DNA from: Acetivibrionales bacterium
GTDB taxonomy: Bacteria; Bacillota; Clostridia; DSM-8532
Assembly: GCA_050945655.1 (NCBI GenBank)
Contig: JBMNTI010000001.1
Coordinates: forward strand, 28,275-92,274
Reading direction: 5' to 3'
Length of the DNA stretch: 64,000 nucleotides
The notes beneath the pieces are model-generated. The model made no database searches. It had not been told where the DNA came from and worked only from the letters and a program-made list of their open reading frames with translations. Shown piece after piece: positions 49,927 to 58,785 of the stretch (position 1 is the first letter of the stretch; every line of letters begins with the position of its first letter). A program made the position numbers and the translations under genes.

Positions 49927-50141
49927 CAGACTGTGCGAAAACTATTAATAGTATTAAATCTATGCAAGTTTAGCGGCTGTAGATTGCTGCGTTTTAGCGC
50001 TCCATCTCCAACATCCGGTTTCCAGTCGCGCTCGCTACGCAATCCTTGCTTCGCTTTAAATCGCAGCAACCACGCCGCTTATTTGCGATTGCATAATCAA
50101 GTATTATAACCTACATGTTAAAACAGTTTTCGCACAGTCTG
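49927..50141 (-). mobile_element. Family-A MITE-like element, short form, full length, inverted orientation
   Basis: Perfect TIRs CAGACTGTGCGAAAAC ... GTTTTCGCACAGTCTG. The core is the reverse complement of the 42411 and 43709 copies. Confidence 0.9.
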
Positions 50142-50150
50142 TCTGGTTCA

Positions 50151-51179
50151 TCAAAGCATCCCCATGAATTGGAGAATTTTTTGTCCTATATTATTATTCA
50201 GCAGCATCAATCCCAGTCCGGTATACACAATGCCGATCATTAACAGCCCGGGAAGACCGACTAACATGCCTTTTGCGCTGCCCCGAACCATTTCCGGCTT
50301 TTCAAAAGTCTTTTTTGTCATTGCCCTGAGTATGATAATCAACCCGAATATTACTATAACACTAAACAGAAGGACACCGGCGAACACTGCCGCCATTACT
50401 GCCAGAAGCTGTTCCAATGTCATATTGTATTGCTCGGCAAGTTGTAAAAACTCCGGAATGTCGAATGGGTCTGTCACTACCTGGGTGCCCTGTGCCTCCG
50501 AACCGGCCATAAAGTTTGCAAGAAGCGTCAATAAACCGTTATTACTGAAATGAAGAATCATTCCGTTAAAAATTGAGCCGGTACGATATACCACATATGC
50601 TGCCAAAAACCCGATCAAGGTTTGTGCTGCCAAACGTTGAAAGTCAAAATGAAACAATCCGAATAAAAGGCCGCTTAAAAAAATCGACCATCCTGCACCG
50701 ATCCTTTCGATTCCTCTTTGTATCATTCCCCGGAAGAGCAATTCCTCGCACACCGCTGGTAGTACTCCAACTAATAACAGCGATACAATAAGATTCTTAG
50801 ACATGAGTTCGGTTACAGCTCCTCCGATATATACTCTCCCGAAAATACCCTTAACAGACAAAAGGCCGATAAATCCGGCGCAAAATCCCGCAACGACCAT
50901 AACCGGGCTTATAACAATCATAAGAAACACTTCAGAAAGTTTCGGGGCTTTAAGACGGAATGTTTCTTTAATGTTATATTTTCTGATAACTGCTAATAAA
51001 AATGGCGGAGCAACTAAGAATAGAATTTGGGAGAGTACAAGCTTGACACCTATGGGAATGTTAAACGTTCCCATATACCGGGAGGCATATACATAGTAAA
51101 TAGCAACAAAAGTATACAGCAAGCCTGAATCAAAAGGCACCGGCAGCTTTTTTTGTTCATTGATATCAACTGTTTCCAT
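50151..51179 (-). CDS. CPBP family intramembrane glutamic endopeptidase (CAAX protease-like)
   Basis: EELLFRG, FGLFH and HFSNN motifs within a polytopic membrane protein. Confidence 0.85.
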   Translation of the reverse strand: METVDINEQKKLPVPFDSGLLYTFVAIYYVYASRYMGTFNIPIGVKLVLSQILFLVAPPFLLAVIRKYNIKETFRLKAPKLSEVFLMIVISPVMVVAGFCAGFIGLLSVKGIFGRVYIGGAVTELMSKNLIVSLLLVGVLPAVCEELLFRGMIQRGIERIGAGWSIFLSGLLFGLFHFDFQRLAAQTLIGFLAAYVVYRTGSIFNGMILHFSNNGLLTLLANFMAGSEAQGTQVVTDPFDIPEFLQLAEQYNMTLEQLLAVMAAVFAGVLLFSVIVIFGLIIILRAMTKKTFEKPEMVRGSAKGMLVGLPGLLMIGIVYTGLGLMLLNNNIGQKILQFMGML

Positions 51180-51197
51180 ATTATCCTCTCATATTTT

Positions 51198-51806
51198 TTA
51201 CTTTATCTTTTTTACTTTTGAGGGCGGCCAAATAATGAATGATGCTTTACCTTCAAAAGAATGTATGCTTACGCATCCAAAATGGCGACTGTCCTTTGAC
51301 ATTTCTCTGTTATCACCCATAACAAAGAAATGATTATCCGGCACCGTAAGAGGGTACTCCATATTGCCTTTGGATGTCTTACCTAAAACATATGCCTTAT
51401 TCTCTATTTCTCCGTTAACGTAGACTTTACCGTCGTCATCAATTTCTATGATATCCCCTGGAAGCCCGATAATACGCTTAACATAACGTTCATTGGTAAA
51501 TTTGTCTCTTCCGGTCAATGAGTCTCTTAAATCTGTAAGTTTTACGCCGATGGCATCCCATATACCGTGATATTCTTTCCCGCCGGCCAAAAACAGTACG
51601 ATATCACCTCTGGCAAATTCATGGGGCTTATTGGCAAAGCGGTTATAATATACAATGTCGCCTTCAATCAATGTATTCCTCATAGAAATCTGGTTTACAG
51701 TGGCTGTGGTGAATACCGTCAGATTAAGGCCAAACACGATAGTAAATATCACAACTATTGTGAGCAGTATACCAACTATTTCCCTAACTATTTTTCCTTT
51801 TCGCAT
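51198..51806 (-). CDS. lepB: Signal peptidase I
   Basis: S26 family motifs: N-terminal TM, SMRNTL (Ser box), KRIIGLPGD (Lys box), GDNREMSKDSR. Confidence 0.92.
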   Translation of the reverse strand: MRKGKIVREIVGILLTIVVIFTIVFGLNLTVFTTATVNQISMRNTLIEGDIVYYNRFANKPHEFARGDIVLFLAGGKEYHGIWDAIGVKLTDLRDSLTGRDKFTNERYVKRIIGLPGDIIEIDDDGKVYVNGEIENKAYVLGKTSKGNMEYPLTVPDNHFFVMGDNREMSKDSRHFGCVSIHSFEGKASFIIWPPSKVKKIK

Positions 51807-51848
51807 TCAAAAACGCTCCAATTAATTTACTTTAAAACTTATTATTAA

Positions 51849-51857
51849 ATTATATCA
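51849..51857 (-). promoter_or_regulatory. Extended -10 element (TGATATAAT) upstream of lepB, contributed by the end of family-D repeat
   Basis: Same 12-mer as at 26691, at a similar distance to the start codon. Confidence 0.4.
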
Positions 51858-51931
51858 TAAGCTCAGCCATAGCAATATCTTGCTATGTGCCGTCGCAAAC
51901 GCATCGGATGCGCGGTAGACGAGCTGCTTAA

Positions 51932-52178
51932 CAAACTGTGCGAAAACTGTTTAACATGAAGGTTATAATATTTGATTATGCAATTGTAAATAAGCGGCGT
52001 GGTTGCTGCGATATAAAGCGAAGCATGGATTTAGTAGCGAGCGCGACTAGAAACCGGATGTTGGAGATGGAGCGCTAAATCGCAGAAGATCCTTCGCTGA
52101 CGCTCAGAATGACAAATGTCAGCTACAGCCGCTAAATTTGCATACATTTAATACTATTGATAGTTTTCGCAAAGTCTG
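51932..52178 (+). mobile_element. Family-A MITE-like element, long form, inserted inside a family-D repeat and flanked by TTAA/TTAA
   Basis: TIRs CAAACTGTGCGAAAAC ... GTTTTCGCAAAGTCTG. TTAA lies at 51928..51931 and at 52179..52182. The paralogous uninterrupted site at 26772..26775 has a single TTAA. Confidence 0.9.
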
Positions 52179-52341
52179 TTAATGATACAAGGTTCTCGGG
52201 TACCCGTTCGAAACCTTGGATTTCGATAACGGGTGAGGTTATTATATCATAATAACAGATGTTGCATAATGGTCTTGCATCAAACAAAAAACAATGGTAG
52301 CATACAATTATACAGTAATATTAAAGGAGTTGAGATTTCTA

Positions 52342-52944
52342 ATGCCTGACCCTTACCCGGATAAGTCGGATATAGGTGATTATCTAGAAAACAGCGATAT
52401 AATAGATTCTGACCACCCGTTGGTGGCACAAATTGCAGAACAACTTACAAACGGTCATAAAGACAATCTTTCTAAAGCGCGAGTTATTTATAAATTTACA
52501 AGAGACCACATCTTTAATTCTTTCGATATTAACGCAACCAGTGTAACTATAACAGCTTCTGAGGTGTTGGACAAAGGTCATGGAGTATGTTTCGCCAGGG
52601 CTCATCTTCTTGCCGCCCTTATGAGAGCTTCGGGCATACCTGCCGGCTTCTGCTATCAAATCCGCTATTATAACGATTTAGAGAGGCTCGTTGCTCATGG
52701 ATTCAACGGAGTATATATACAGGAATTAGATAACTGGGTGCGCATTGATGCCAGTATGCATGTAGATGCCGATGACTGGAATTTTGATCCGTTCAAGGAT
52801 TCTACGGTAAGGAGCGTACAGGAAGATATCGGAGAATCCGACGACTATATCGTCTACCATTCCCCCAGCAAGAAGCTGCTAAAAGCCATGTATGTTTCGG
52901 ACACATTGGAAGAGTTCATAAATCTTATACCATCCGAAATATGA
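52342..52944 (+). CDS. Transglutaminase-like cysteine peptidase domain protein
   Basis: Cys-His-Asp core: GHGVCFARAHLLAALMRASGIPAG, ...HGFNGVY..., ...VRIDAS. The start is uncertain: 52294 has no RBS, and 52342 follows AAAGGAG at a long spacing. Confidence 0.75.
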   Translation: MPDPYPDKSDIGDYLENSDIIDSDHPLVAQIAEQLTNGHKDNLSKARVIYKFTRDHIFNSFDINATSVTITASEVLDKGHGVCFARAHLLAALMRASGIPAGFCYQIRYYNDLERLVAHGFNGVYIQELDNWVRIDASMHVDADDWNFDPFKDSTVRSVQEDIGESDDYIVYHSPSKKLLKAMYVSDTLEEFINLIPSEI

Positions 52945-52946
52945 TA

Positions 52947-53750
52947 CTATCCGCCTAGTCTGGCATGTGCCAGCTCAACAACATCCGGGACTATAATCTC
53001 AGTTTCTTTTACTATGTCCCCGTTTACTAAATAAAGCAAATACTCAATATTTCCTTCGGGACCGGTTATAGGAGAAAATGAGAGGCCTGCAACAGAGTAT
53101 CCAATGTGCAGCGAGGATTCCATGATTGAATCTAAAACTTCCTCATGAACCTTAGGATCCTTTACCACTCCCTTTTTCCCTACCTTGCTTCTTCCCGCCT
53201 CAAACTGAGGCTTCACAAGGCAGACCGCTTTGCCGTAAGGCTTCAGCAACGCTTTTAATGGCGGAAGAATAAGCTTCAGGGATATGAAAGAAACATCGGC
53301 TGAGCCAAAGTCTATAGGCTCGCTTATTTGTTCTTTGGTAACATAGCGGAAATTAGTACGCTCCATGCATACCACCCTGGGATCATTTCTGAGCTCCCAA
53401 GCCAGCTGTCCGTATCCTACATCCACCGAGTATACTTTTTTCGCGCCGTTCTTTAGCATCACATCGGTGAAGCCGCCGGTCGACGCCCCCACATCCACGC
53501 ATGTAAGGCCGTTCAGATCTATGTTAAACTCGCTGATTGCCTTTTCCAGTTTCAACCCGCCGCGGCTGACATAGGGAATAGGCTTTCCTTTAATCTCTAT
53601 AACACAGTTCTCGCTATATGTCATGCCCGGCTTATCTGCCCGCTCCCCGTCAACAAATACCAGGCCGGCCATGACTGCGGCTTTGGCCTTTTCCCGGCTT
53701 TCAAAAAGCCCCTTATTATATAAAATCAGATCCAGCCTATTTTTCTCCAT
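52947..53750 (-). CDS. tlyA: TlyA family rRNA (cytidine-2'-O)-methyltransferase
   Basis: S4 domain N-terminus plus an FtsJ-like core (VDVGASTGGFTD...DVSFISL). Conserved dxs-tlyA order. Confidence 0.92.
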   Translation of the reverse strand: MEKNRLDLILYNKGLFESREKAKAAVMAGLVFVDGERADKPGMTYSENCVIEIKGKPIPYVSRGGLKLEKAISEFNIDLNGLTCVDVGASTGGFTDVMLKNGAKKVYSVDVGYGQLAWELRNDPRVVCMERTNFRYVTKEQISEPIDFGSADVSFISLKLILPPLKALLKPYGKAVCLVKPQFEAGRSKVGKKGVVKDPKVHEEVLDSIMESSLHIGYSVAGLSFSPITGPEGNIEYLLYLVNGDIVKETEIIVPDVVELAHARLGG

Positions 53751-53774
53751 TTATCTCCCTTTCGTGTAACTTTT

Positions 53775-53869
53775 CAGACTGTGCGAGAACTGTTTTAAAA
53801 TGCAAGTTATAGTATTTGATCAAGCAATCGTAAATAAGCGGCGTGGTTGCTGCGATTTAAAGCGAAGCA
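53775..53869 (+). mobile_element. Family-A element, 5' part only, abutting a module-C fragment
   Basis: CAGACTGTGCGAGAAC...AATAAGCGGCGTGGTTGCTGCGATTTAAAGCGAAGCA joined directly to CTAAAGGTTCCATAGTCATACGATG, the module-C 3' end. Confidence 0.78.
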
Positions 53870-53902
53870 ACTAAAGGTTCCATAGTCATACGATGTAACT
53901 GT

Positions 53903-55786
53903 TCAGCCAAGCTCTTTCATAACGCTTGCTTTTATTCCTTCTGCGTCCAGCCCGTATTTTTTATATATCAATTCTCTCTTGCCATGTTCAATTCCTTTAT
54001 TAGGAAGACCGATAACCTTTGCACTGGCTCCTATACGCGCGTCGTTCAAGAGTCCTGTCACATAACCGCCAAAGCCTCCGTCCTTAATAACATCTTCAAT
54101 AACAACAACTTTCCTTGTTTTCCTTGCTGAATCCAGAATAAGCTTATCATCGGCGGGACGCAAAAATCTTGGATTGATGACCTCACAGGAAATCCCCTCT
54201 TTTTCCAATAGCCGGGCTGCTTTGAGGACAATTTCCAGCATATGTCCCACACCTATAAGAGTTACTGAGGTGCCTTCTTTCAAAACTATTCCTTTGCTGA
54301 ATTCAACAGGGATACCGGATCCGTCAAATTCACGGCCGGTACCCTTTGGATATCGTATCGCAATAGGTCCCTTATGTTTATAAACAGCATATTCCATCAT
54401 ATTTTTCAGTTCATTAGGAGATGCAGGCGATAAAATAGTCATGTTTGGTATGGTGTAAAGAAATGAAATATCATATATACCCTGGTGGGTTTCCCCGTCA
54501 TCTCCCACAACGCCTGCACGGTCTATGGCAAAAACAACTTTCAGGCTTTGCAGCGCCACATCATGGAGGATCTGATCATAAGCCCTCTGCAGGAAGGTCG
54601 AGTATATTGCCACTACTGGCCTGGCTCCTCCCATAGCCAGACCGGCGGCCAGGGTTACTGCGTGTTGTTCGGCTATACCCACATCAAAAAAGCGTTTGGG
54701 ATATAATTCTCTGAAATGTGTGAGACCTGTTCCGTCGGTCATTGCAGCGGTGATAGCAATAATCTTTTCGTCTTTTTTGGCAAGCTCACATATCTTTTCT
54801 CCGAATACGCCGGAATAATTCTCACTGCCTCCATTGACCACATGGCCGGTTTCTATTTCAAAAGGAGCTATACCGTGATAAATATCCGGATTTTTCTCGG
54901 CAAATTTATATCCCTTTCCTTTTATTGTGGTAACATGCACTAAAACCGGCCCTTTCATCGTTTTAGCCTGCTCCAACACTCTTACCATTTCCTTGATATT
55001 ATGGCCGTCGATAGGTCCGAAGTAGCGAAACCCCAAGTCTTCAAAAAACATTGACGGTATAAACATACTCTTTATTGCCGCTTTCATTTTATGCAAAATT
55101 TTTCTGAGCCGCTTTCCCGAGTTTGGCAATGAATCAATAAAGGCCTGCATTGATTCTCTGGTTTTATAATAGAACGGACGAAGCCGTATTTTGCTCAGAT
55201 ATCGGGATAGTCCCCCCACATTAGGGGCAATTGACATGCCGTTATCATTAAGAATTATCAGAAGATTAGTACGGGATATACCTGCATCATTCAATGCCTC
55301 TAAAGCCATCCCGCCCGATAATGCCCCGTCGCCGATAACAGCAGCCACCGTATAACTCTCGCCGTTTAAATCCCTTGCTCTGGCCATCCCCAAAGCAGCA
55401 GAAACAGAGGTGCTGCTATGTCCTGTGTTAAAGACGTCATATTCACTTTCCTGAGTTTTCGGAAAACCTGCTATTCCATCCAGTTGACGGAGTGAACCAA
55501 AGGAATCCTTGCGCCCCGTAAGAATTTTGTGTACATAGGTTTGATGGCCCACATCCCAAATTATCTTGTCTAAAGGGGTGTTTAAAACCTTGTGAAGGGC
55601 CAGAGTCAATTCTACAACACCCAGATTTGATGCAATATGCCCGCCTGTTTTTGAAACCGAATCCAACAAAAATAGCCTTATCTCTTCGGCCAGCAAGCCC
55701 ATTTCATCGTATGTCAGGCTTTTAAGATCGTCAGGAGTATTTATTCTTGAAAGAAAACCTTTACATGTTTCATTATTCTTAACCAA
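53903..55786 (-). CDS. dxs: 1-deoxy-D-xylulose-5-phosphate synthase
   Basis: TPP-binding GDGALSGGMALEALN, GHSSTS, and transketolase-like domains; 627 aa. Confidence 0.97.
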   Translation of the reverse strand: MVKNNETCKGFLSRINTPDDLKSLTYDEMGLLAEEIRLFLLDSVSKTGGHIASNLGVVELTLALHKVLNTPLDKIIWDVGHQTYVHKILTGRKDSFGSLRQLDGIAGFPKTQESEYDVFNTGHSSTSVSAALGMARARDLNGESYTVAAVIGDGALSGGMALEALNDAGISRTNLLIILNDNGMSIAPNVGGLSRYLSKIRLRPFYYKTRESMQAFIDSLPNSGKRLRKILHKMKAAIKSMFIPSMFFEDLGFRYFGPIDGHNIKEMVRVLEQAKTMKGPVLVHVTTIKGKGYKFAEKNPDIYHGIAPFEIETGHVVNGGSENYSGVFGEKICELAKKDEKIIAITAAMTDGTGLTHFRELYPKRFFDVGIAEQHAVTLAAGLAMGGARPVVAIYSTFLQRAYDQILHDVALQSLKVVFAIDRAGVVGDDGETHQGIYDISFLYTIPNMTILSPASPNELKNMMEYAVYKHKGPIAIRYPKGTGREFDGSGIPVEFSKGIVLKEGTSVTLIGVGHMLEIVLKAARLLEKEGISCEVINPRFLRPADDKLILDSARKTRKVVVIEDVIKDGGFGGYVTGLLNDARIGASAKVIGLPNKGIEHGKRELIYKKYGLDAEGIKASVMKELG

Positions 55787-55804
55787 ATCAAATTACACCT
55801 CAAA

Positions 55805-56455
55805 TCAGCCGCTTTTCTTACTTTTATTCATCATGGCCTTTTTCCCCGAAAAAACAGCAAGTATGCGGCCAACCTTATATACTATGTAGTTGGAGTTGCT
55901 TATACCGATATTTTTTGCGAAGGCTTTTCCTCCAACGGTCAGCGCGGCAATCAAAGCTCCTAATAATACTTCAAATAAAGAAGTATCCGTACTATCCGAA
56001 AAAAGCTTATATATAATGGCAGTACCTGCGGCACCGCTTACTACACTGCATATATCTCCTACAACGTCATTGCAGAAGCTTGATACCCGGGGAGCGTTGC
56101 GCAAAAGATTTATTGATTGTTTTGCCCCTTTTAGTTTCTTTGATGCCATGGAATGAAAGGGGGTTTCATCGGCAGCGGTAACAGCCGTCCCAATAGCGTC
56201 AAAAATTACCCCTATTAATATTATGCTTAATACTACTAAAAAGGCATATGGAGGAGATATTGATTTAAAAATGCTGGTGGATGCGAACAATATAAGTATG
56301 GATAATGTGAAAGAAGCCACTGAAATAAAAAGACCCCATAGTATATGTTTTTTTTCAATACCAGAGCCTTTTTTTACCGGAATGGTTTCACCGGATAATC
56401 CCCTATATTTATCAAATAGTTTAATAAATTTCTTTCCCGATTTTTCTTGTTCCAA
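55805..56455 (-). CDS. oapA: OLE-associated protein A (small 4-TM membrane protein)
   Basis: 216 aa, a basic N-terminus followed by 4 TM helices. It lies immediately downstream of the OLE-like non-coding region and upstream of dxs, the canonical oapA position. TTG start with AGGA 5 nt upstream; there is no in-frame ATG alternative. Confidence 0.75.
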   Translation of the reverse strand: MEQEKSGKKFIKLFDKYRGLSGETIPVKKGSGIEKKHILWGLFISVASFTLSILILFASTSIFKSISPPYAFLVVLSIILIGVIFDAIGTAVTAADETPFHSMASKKLKGAKQSINLLRNAPRVSSFCNDVVGDICSVVSGAAGTAIIYKLFSDSTDTSLFEVLLGALIAALTVGGKAFAKNIGISNSNYIVYKVGRILAVFSGKKAMMNKSKKSG

Positions 56456-56479
56456 GTAAAAATCCTGCTTTCCCGACTT

Positions 56480-57128
56480 CTATAAAACTTAGTAATTCAA
56501 CAGGATGGCAACAATCCGAGTAAATTTTGCGGCTTAGGTCAGGCAGGTTTTCCCCGCCGGATACCGAAACGTCGCCGTTTCGGAGGTTTCCCTTTAATTC
56601 CTGCGTTGAAAGGTTTCCCTTATCAAAGCCTGATCACCACTTAGTCCACACTGCAATCCCCGGATTGCTTCATTATCAAACAGCCTAGGGGTTTTCCCCG
56701 AGAGCCTGTGCCTACTCTAGCCTCTTTTGCACCGTTGGTTTCAAGCGACAATATTGCTTATGTACCGGCCAGTACATAAACACGTGATTCACTATCCTCC
56801 AGACGGCACTCAAGGCAGGCTACACTGTCCACAGCATCAAAAGTGATACCGCGCTACAGGTTCATTCCCTTATCGTAGTCAAGATTTTTATCGTTTACAC
56901 GGGGCAATCTGTCTTCCACAATTAAGGGTCTCCACGGTAAAGGGGTCATTTCCCGCATGCCATTGCAGGCTGCCCCTAAACCTTAACTCCCAGCACCAAC
57001 CCATCACTGGGCGTAACAAGCCGGCACAAGGAACTTCATCGATGTGCCCTTTAACGGATTTTTAGGCCCGTCTTCGAAGCAGGCAGTACTGACTAGGATA
57101 CTGCGCCATCCTGATATTTTTACTATGA
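56480..57128 (-). ncRNA. OLE: OLE (ornate, large, extremophilic) RNA; ends approximate
   Basis: 695-nt gap with no credible ORF on either strand, richer in G+C than the surrounding intergenic DNA. It is packed with hairpins when read on the minus strand (GGGGAAAACCCC, CCGAAACG-GCGA-CGTTTCGG, GCAATCCGGGGATTGC, ATGTAC-TGGCCG-GTACAT) and has repeated GGGAAACC strings. Synteny nusB-xseA-xseB-ispA-[RNA]-oapA-dxs-tlyA matches published OLE loci. A TTGCAT-17-TATAAT promoter lies at 57135..57163. Not verified against the covariance model. Confidence 0.8.
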
Positions 57129-57134
57129 GAAAAT

Positions 57135-57163
57135 ATTATACACTAAAACCTGTTTTTATGCAA
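57135..57163 (-). promoter_or_regulatory. Sigma-A-type promoter for the OLE/oapA transcript
   Basis: The minus strand reads TTGCAT-(17 nt)-TATAAT. The -35 overlaps the TAA stop of the DUF212 gene. Confidence 0.5.
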
Positions 57164-57608
57164 ACAGCAACCCTACCAAAATTCCTAATGCGGCACCGGC
57201 AAAAACTTGTATCGGTGTATGCCCCAACAATACCTTCAACTCTTTATCCACTCTTATTTCCCTTGAGTGATAAATCAGTTTGTTAAGAACCTCCGCCTGT
57301 TTTCCTGCTGCCCTTCTTACACCTGTGGCATCTGCCATTACGATGAATGAAACAATAGTGGAAATAGCGAACTCACTTGAGCTTAACCCGTTTTTCACGG
57401 CCATTACGGTTGCCAGACAAACCGAGATTGCACTGTGGGAGCTAGGCATTCCCCCCGAAGCGACAAACTTTCTGAAGTCTATTTTCTGATGCTGAATATA
57501 ATGACTGATAAATTTTATCAGTTGGGCTAAAAACCATGAAAAAATTGGAAGCGTTATAGCCGTATTATAAAAAATATTATCCACCAGAGTCAATTTTGTA
57601 TCTCCCAC
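57156..57608 (-). CDS. Divergent PAP2 family protein (DUF212; acid phosphatase/vanadium haloperoxidase-related)
   Basis: 150-aa membrane protein with SGGMPSSHSA and GHTPIQV motifs. Confidence 0.85.
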   Translation of the reverse strand: MGDTKLTLVDNIFYNTAITLPIFSWFLAQLIKFISHYIQHQKIDFRKFVASGGMPSSHSAISVCLATVMAVKNGLSSSEFAISTIVSFIVMADATGVRRAAGKQAEVLNKLIYHSREIRVDKELKVLLGHTPIQVFAGAALGILVGLLFA

Positions 57609-57622
57609 GTACTAAATCTGAT

Positions 57623-58519
57623 TTATTTTTCTCTTTCTGCAATAAAGAAAGCAATCCGAGTCAGAAAATCATTATTATCTAATTCGTCCAATGCGTTTAC
57701 CGCTTTATTAACCGAATCCTTCAGAAGCTCCTTTGCCTTTTCGATTCCAAGCTTGCTTATAAAAGTAGACTTGTTGTTTTCAGCATCTCTCCCGGTAGAT
57801 TTACCCACAATTTCAATTTCGCCTTCAAAATCAAGAATATCGTCCTTTATTTGGAATGCAAGTCCAATGTTATCGGCATAAACCTCCAGTTTGGATAATA
57901 TATAATCTTCCGTTTCTAAAAGCAGTGCCGGAGCCAAAACAGAAGCCTTTATCAATGCTCCTGTCTTTTTTTTATGCATTTGGCACAACACATCATAAGT
58001 AATATCGGTCTTTTCCGATTCAATGTCTATTACCTGTCCGCCGATCATTCCCTTTGACCCGGATGCTTTAGAAATCATATATGCGGTTTTTAAGCGCCGA
58101 AACGTCTTTGCATCATCCTTCAAAGTCTCCTCCAGCATTATTTCAAACGCAAGATTCAAAAGACCGTCTCCCGCAAGTACCGCCATTGCCTCTCCAAATA
58201 CCTTATGGCTGGTAAGTTTGCCTCTCCTGTAGTCATCGTTGTCCATACATGGAAGATCGTCATGGATCAACGAGTAGGTATGAATTAATTCAATAGCTCC
58301 GGCAAAGGGGATGACTTCTTTTTTATCACCCTTCAGCATATCACAGACAGCCAGGGACAGTACCGGCCTGATCCTCTTCCCGCCTGACATTAAGCTGTAT
58401 TCCATAGCCTCATAGATTTTCTTGTCAGGCATATCCTCGCTTAAATGCCTCGGAAAAACTTTTTTGAGCCAACTCTCCGTCAGATCTAAATATCGTTTAT
58501 ACTTGACAGCAAAATCCAT
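57623..58519 (-). CDS. ispA: (2E,6E)-farnesyl diphosphate synthase / polyprenyl synthetase
   Basis: First and second Asp-rich motifs: LIHDDLPCMDNDDYRRG and FQIKDDILD. Confidence 0.93.
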   Translation of the reverse strand: MDFAVKYKRYLDLTESWLKKVFPRHLSEDMPDKKIYEAMEYSLMSGGKRIRPVLSLAVCDMLKGDKKEVIPFAGAIELIHTYSLIHDDLPCMDNDDYRRGKLTSHKVFGEAMAVLAGDGLLNLAFEIMLEETLKDDAKTFRRLKTAYMISKASGSKGMIGGQVIDIESEKTDITYDVLCQMHKKKTGALIKASVLAPALLLETEDYILSKLEVYADNIGLAFQIKDDILDFEGEIEIVGKSTGRDAENNKSTFISKLGIEKAKELLKDSVNKAVNALDELDNNDFLTRIAFFIAEREK

Positions 58520-58524
58520 TATGT

Positions 58525-58767
58525 TTAGTCATCGAGTTTAAAATCCTTCTCGATAATCCCTTCCTTTCCCTCAATCAAGAGAGTGATTCTTTTTTCGATA
58601 TCGTCCAGCTTTTTATTACACAAGCGAACAAGACCTATTCCCTTTTCAAACATTTTTATTGATTCTTCCAAAGGCAAATCCCCGCTTTCAAGCATATTAA
58701 CTACGCTTTCCAGTTCCAAAGCGGCTTGTTCATATGTAATATCAAGATTCTCTTCCTTTTTGGACAT
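58525..58767 (-). CDS. xseB: Exodeoxyribonuclease VII small subunit
   Basis: 80 aa (YEQAALELESVVNMLESGDLPLEESIKMFEKG). Confidence 0.93.
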   Translation of the reverse strand: MSKKEENLDITYEQAALELESVVNMLESGDLPLEESIKMFEKGIGLVRLCNKKLDDIEKRITLLIEGKEGIIEKDFKLDD

Positions 58768-58785
58768 ACTTATTTCCTCCTGTCT

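Larger units (their letters stand above)
51849..52250. repeat. Family-D repeat, copy split by the family-A insertion at 51932..52178
   Basis: The left half (51849..51931) and right half (52179..52250) align with 26691..26840. Both ends carry ATTATATCAT. Confidence 0.75.
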
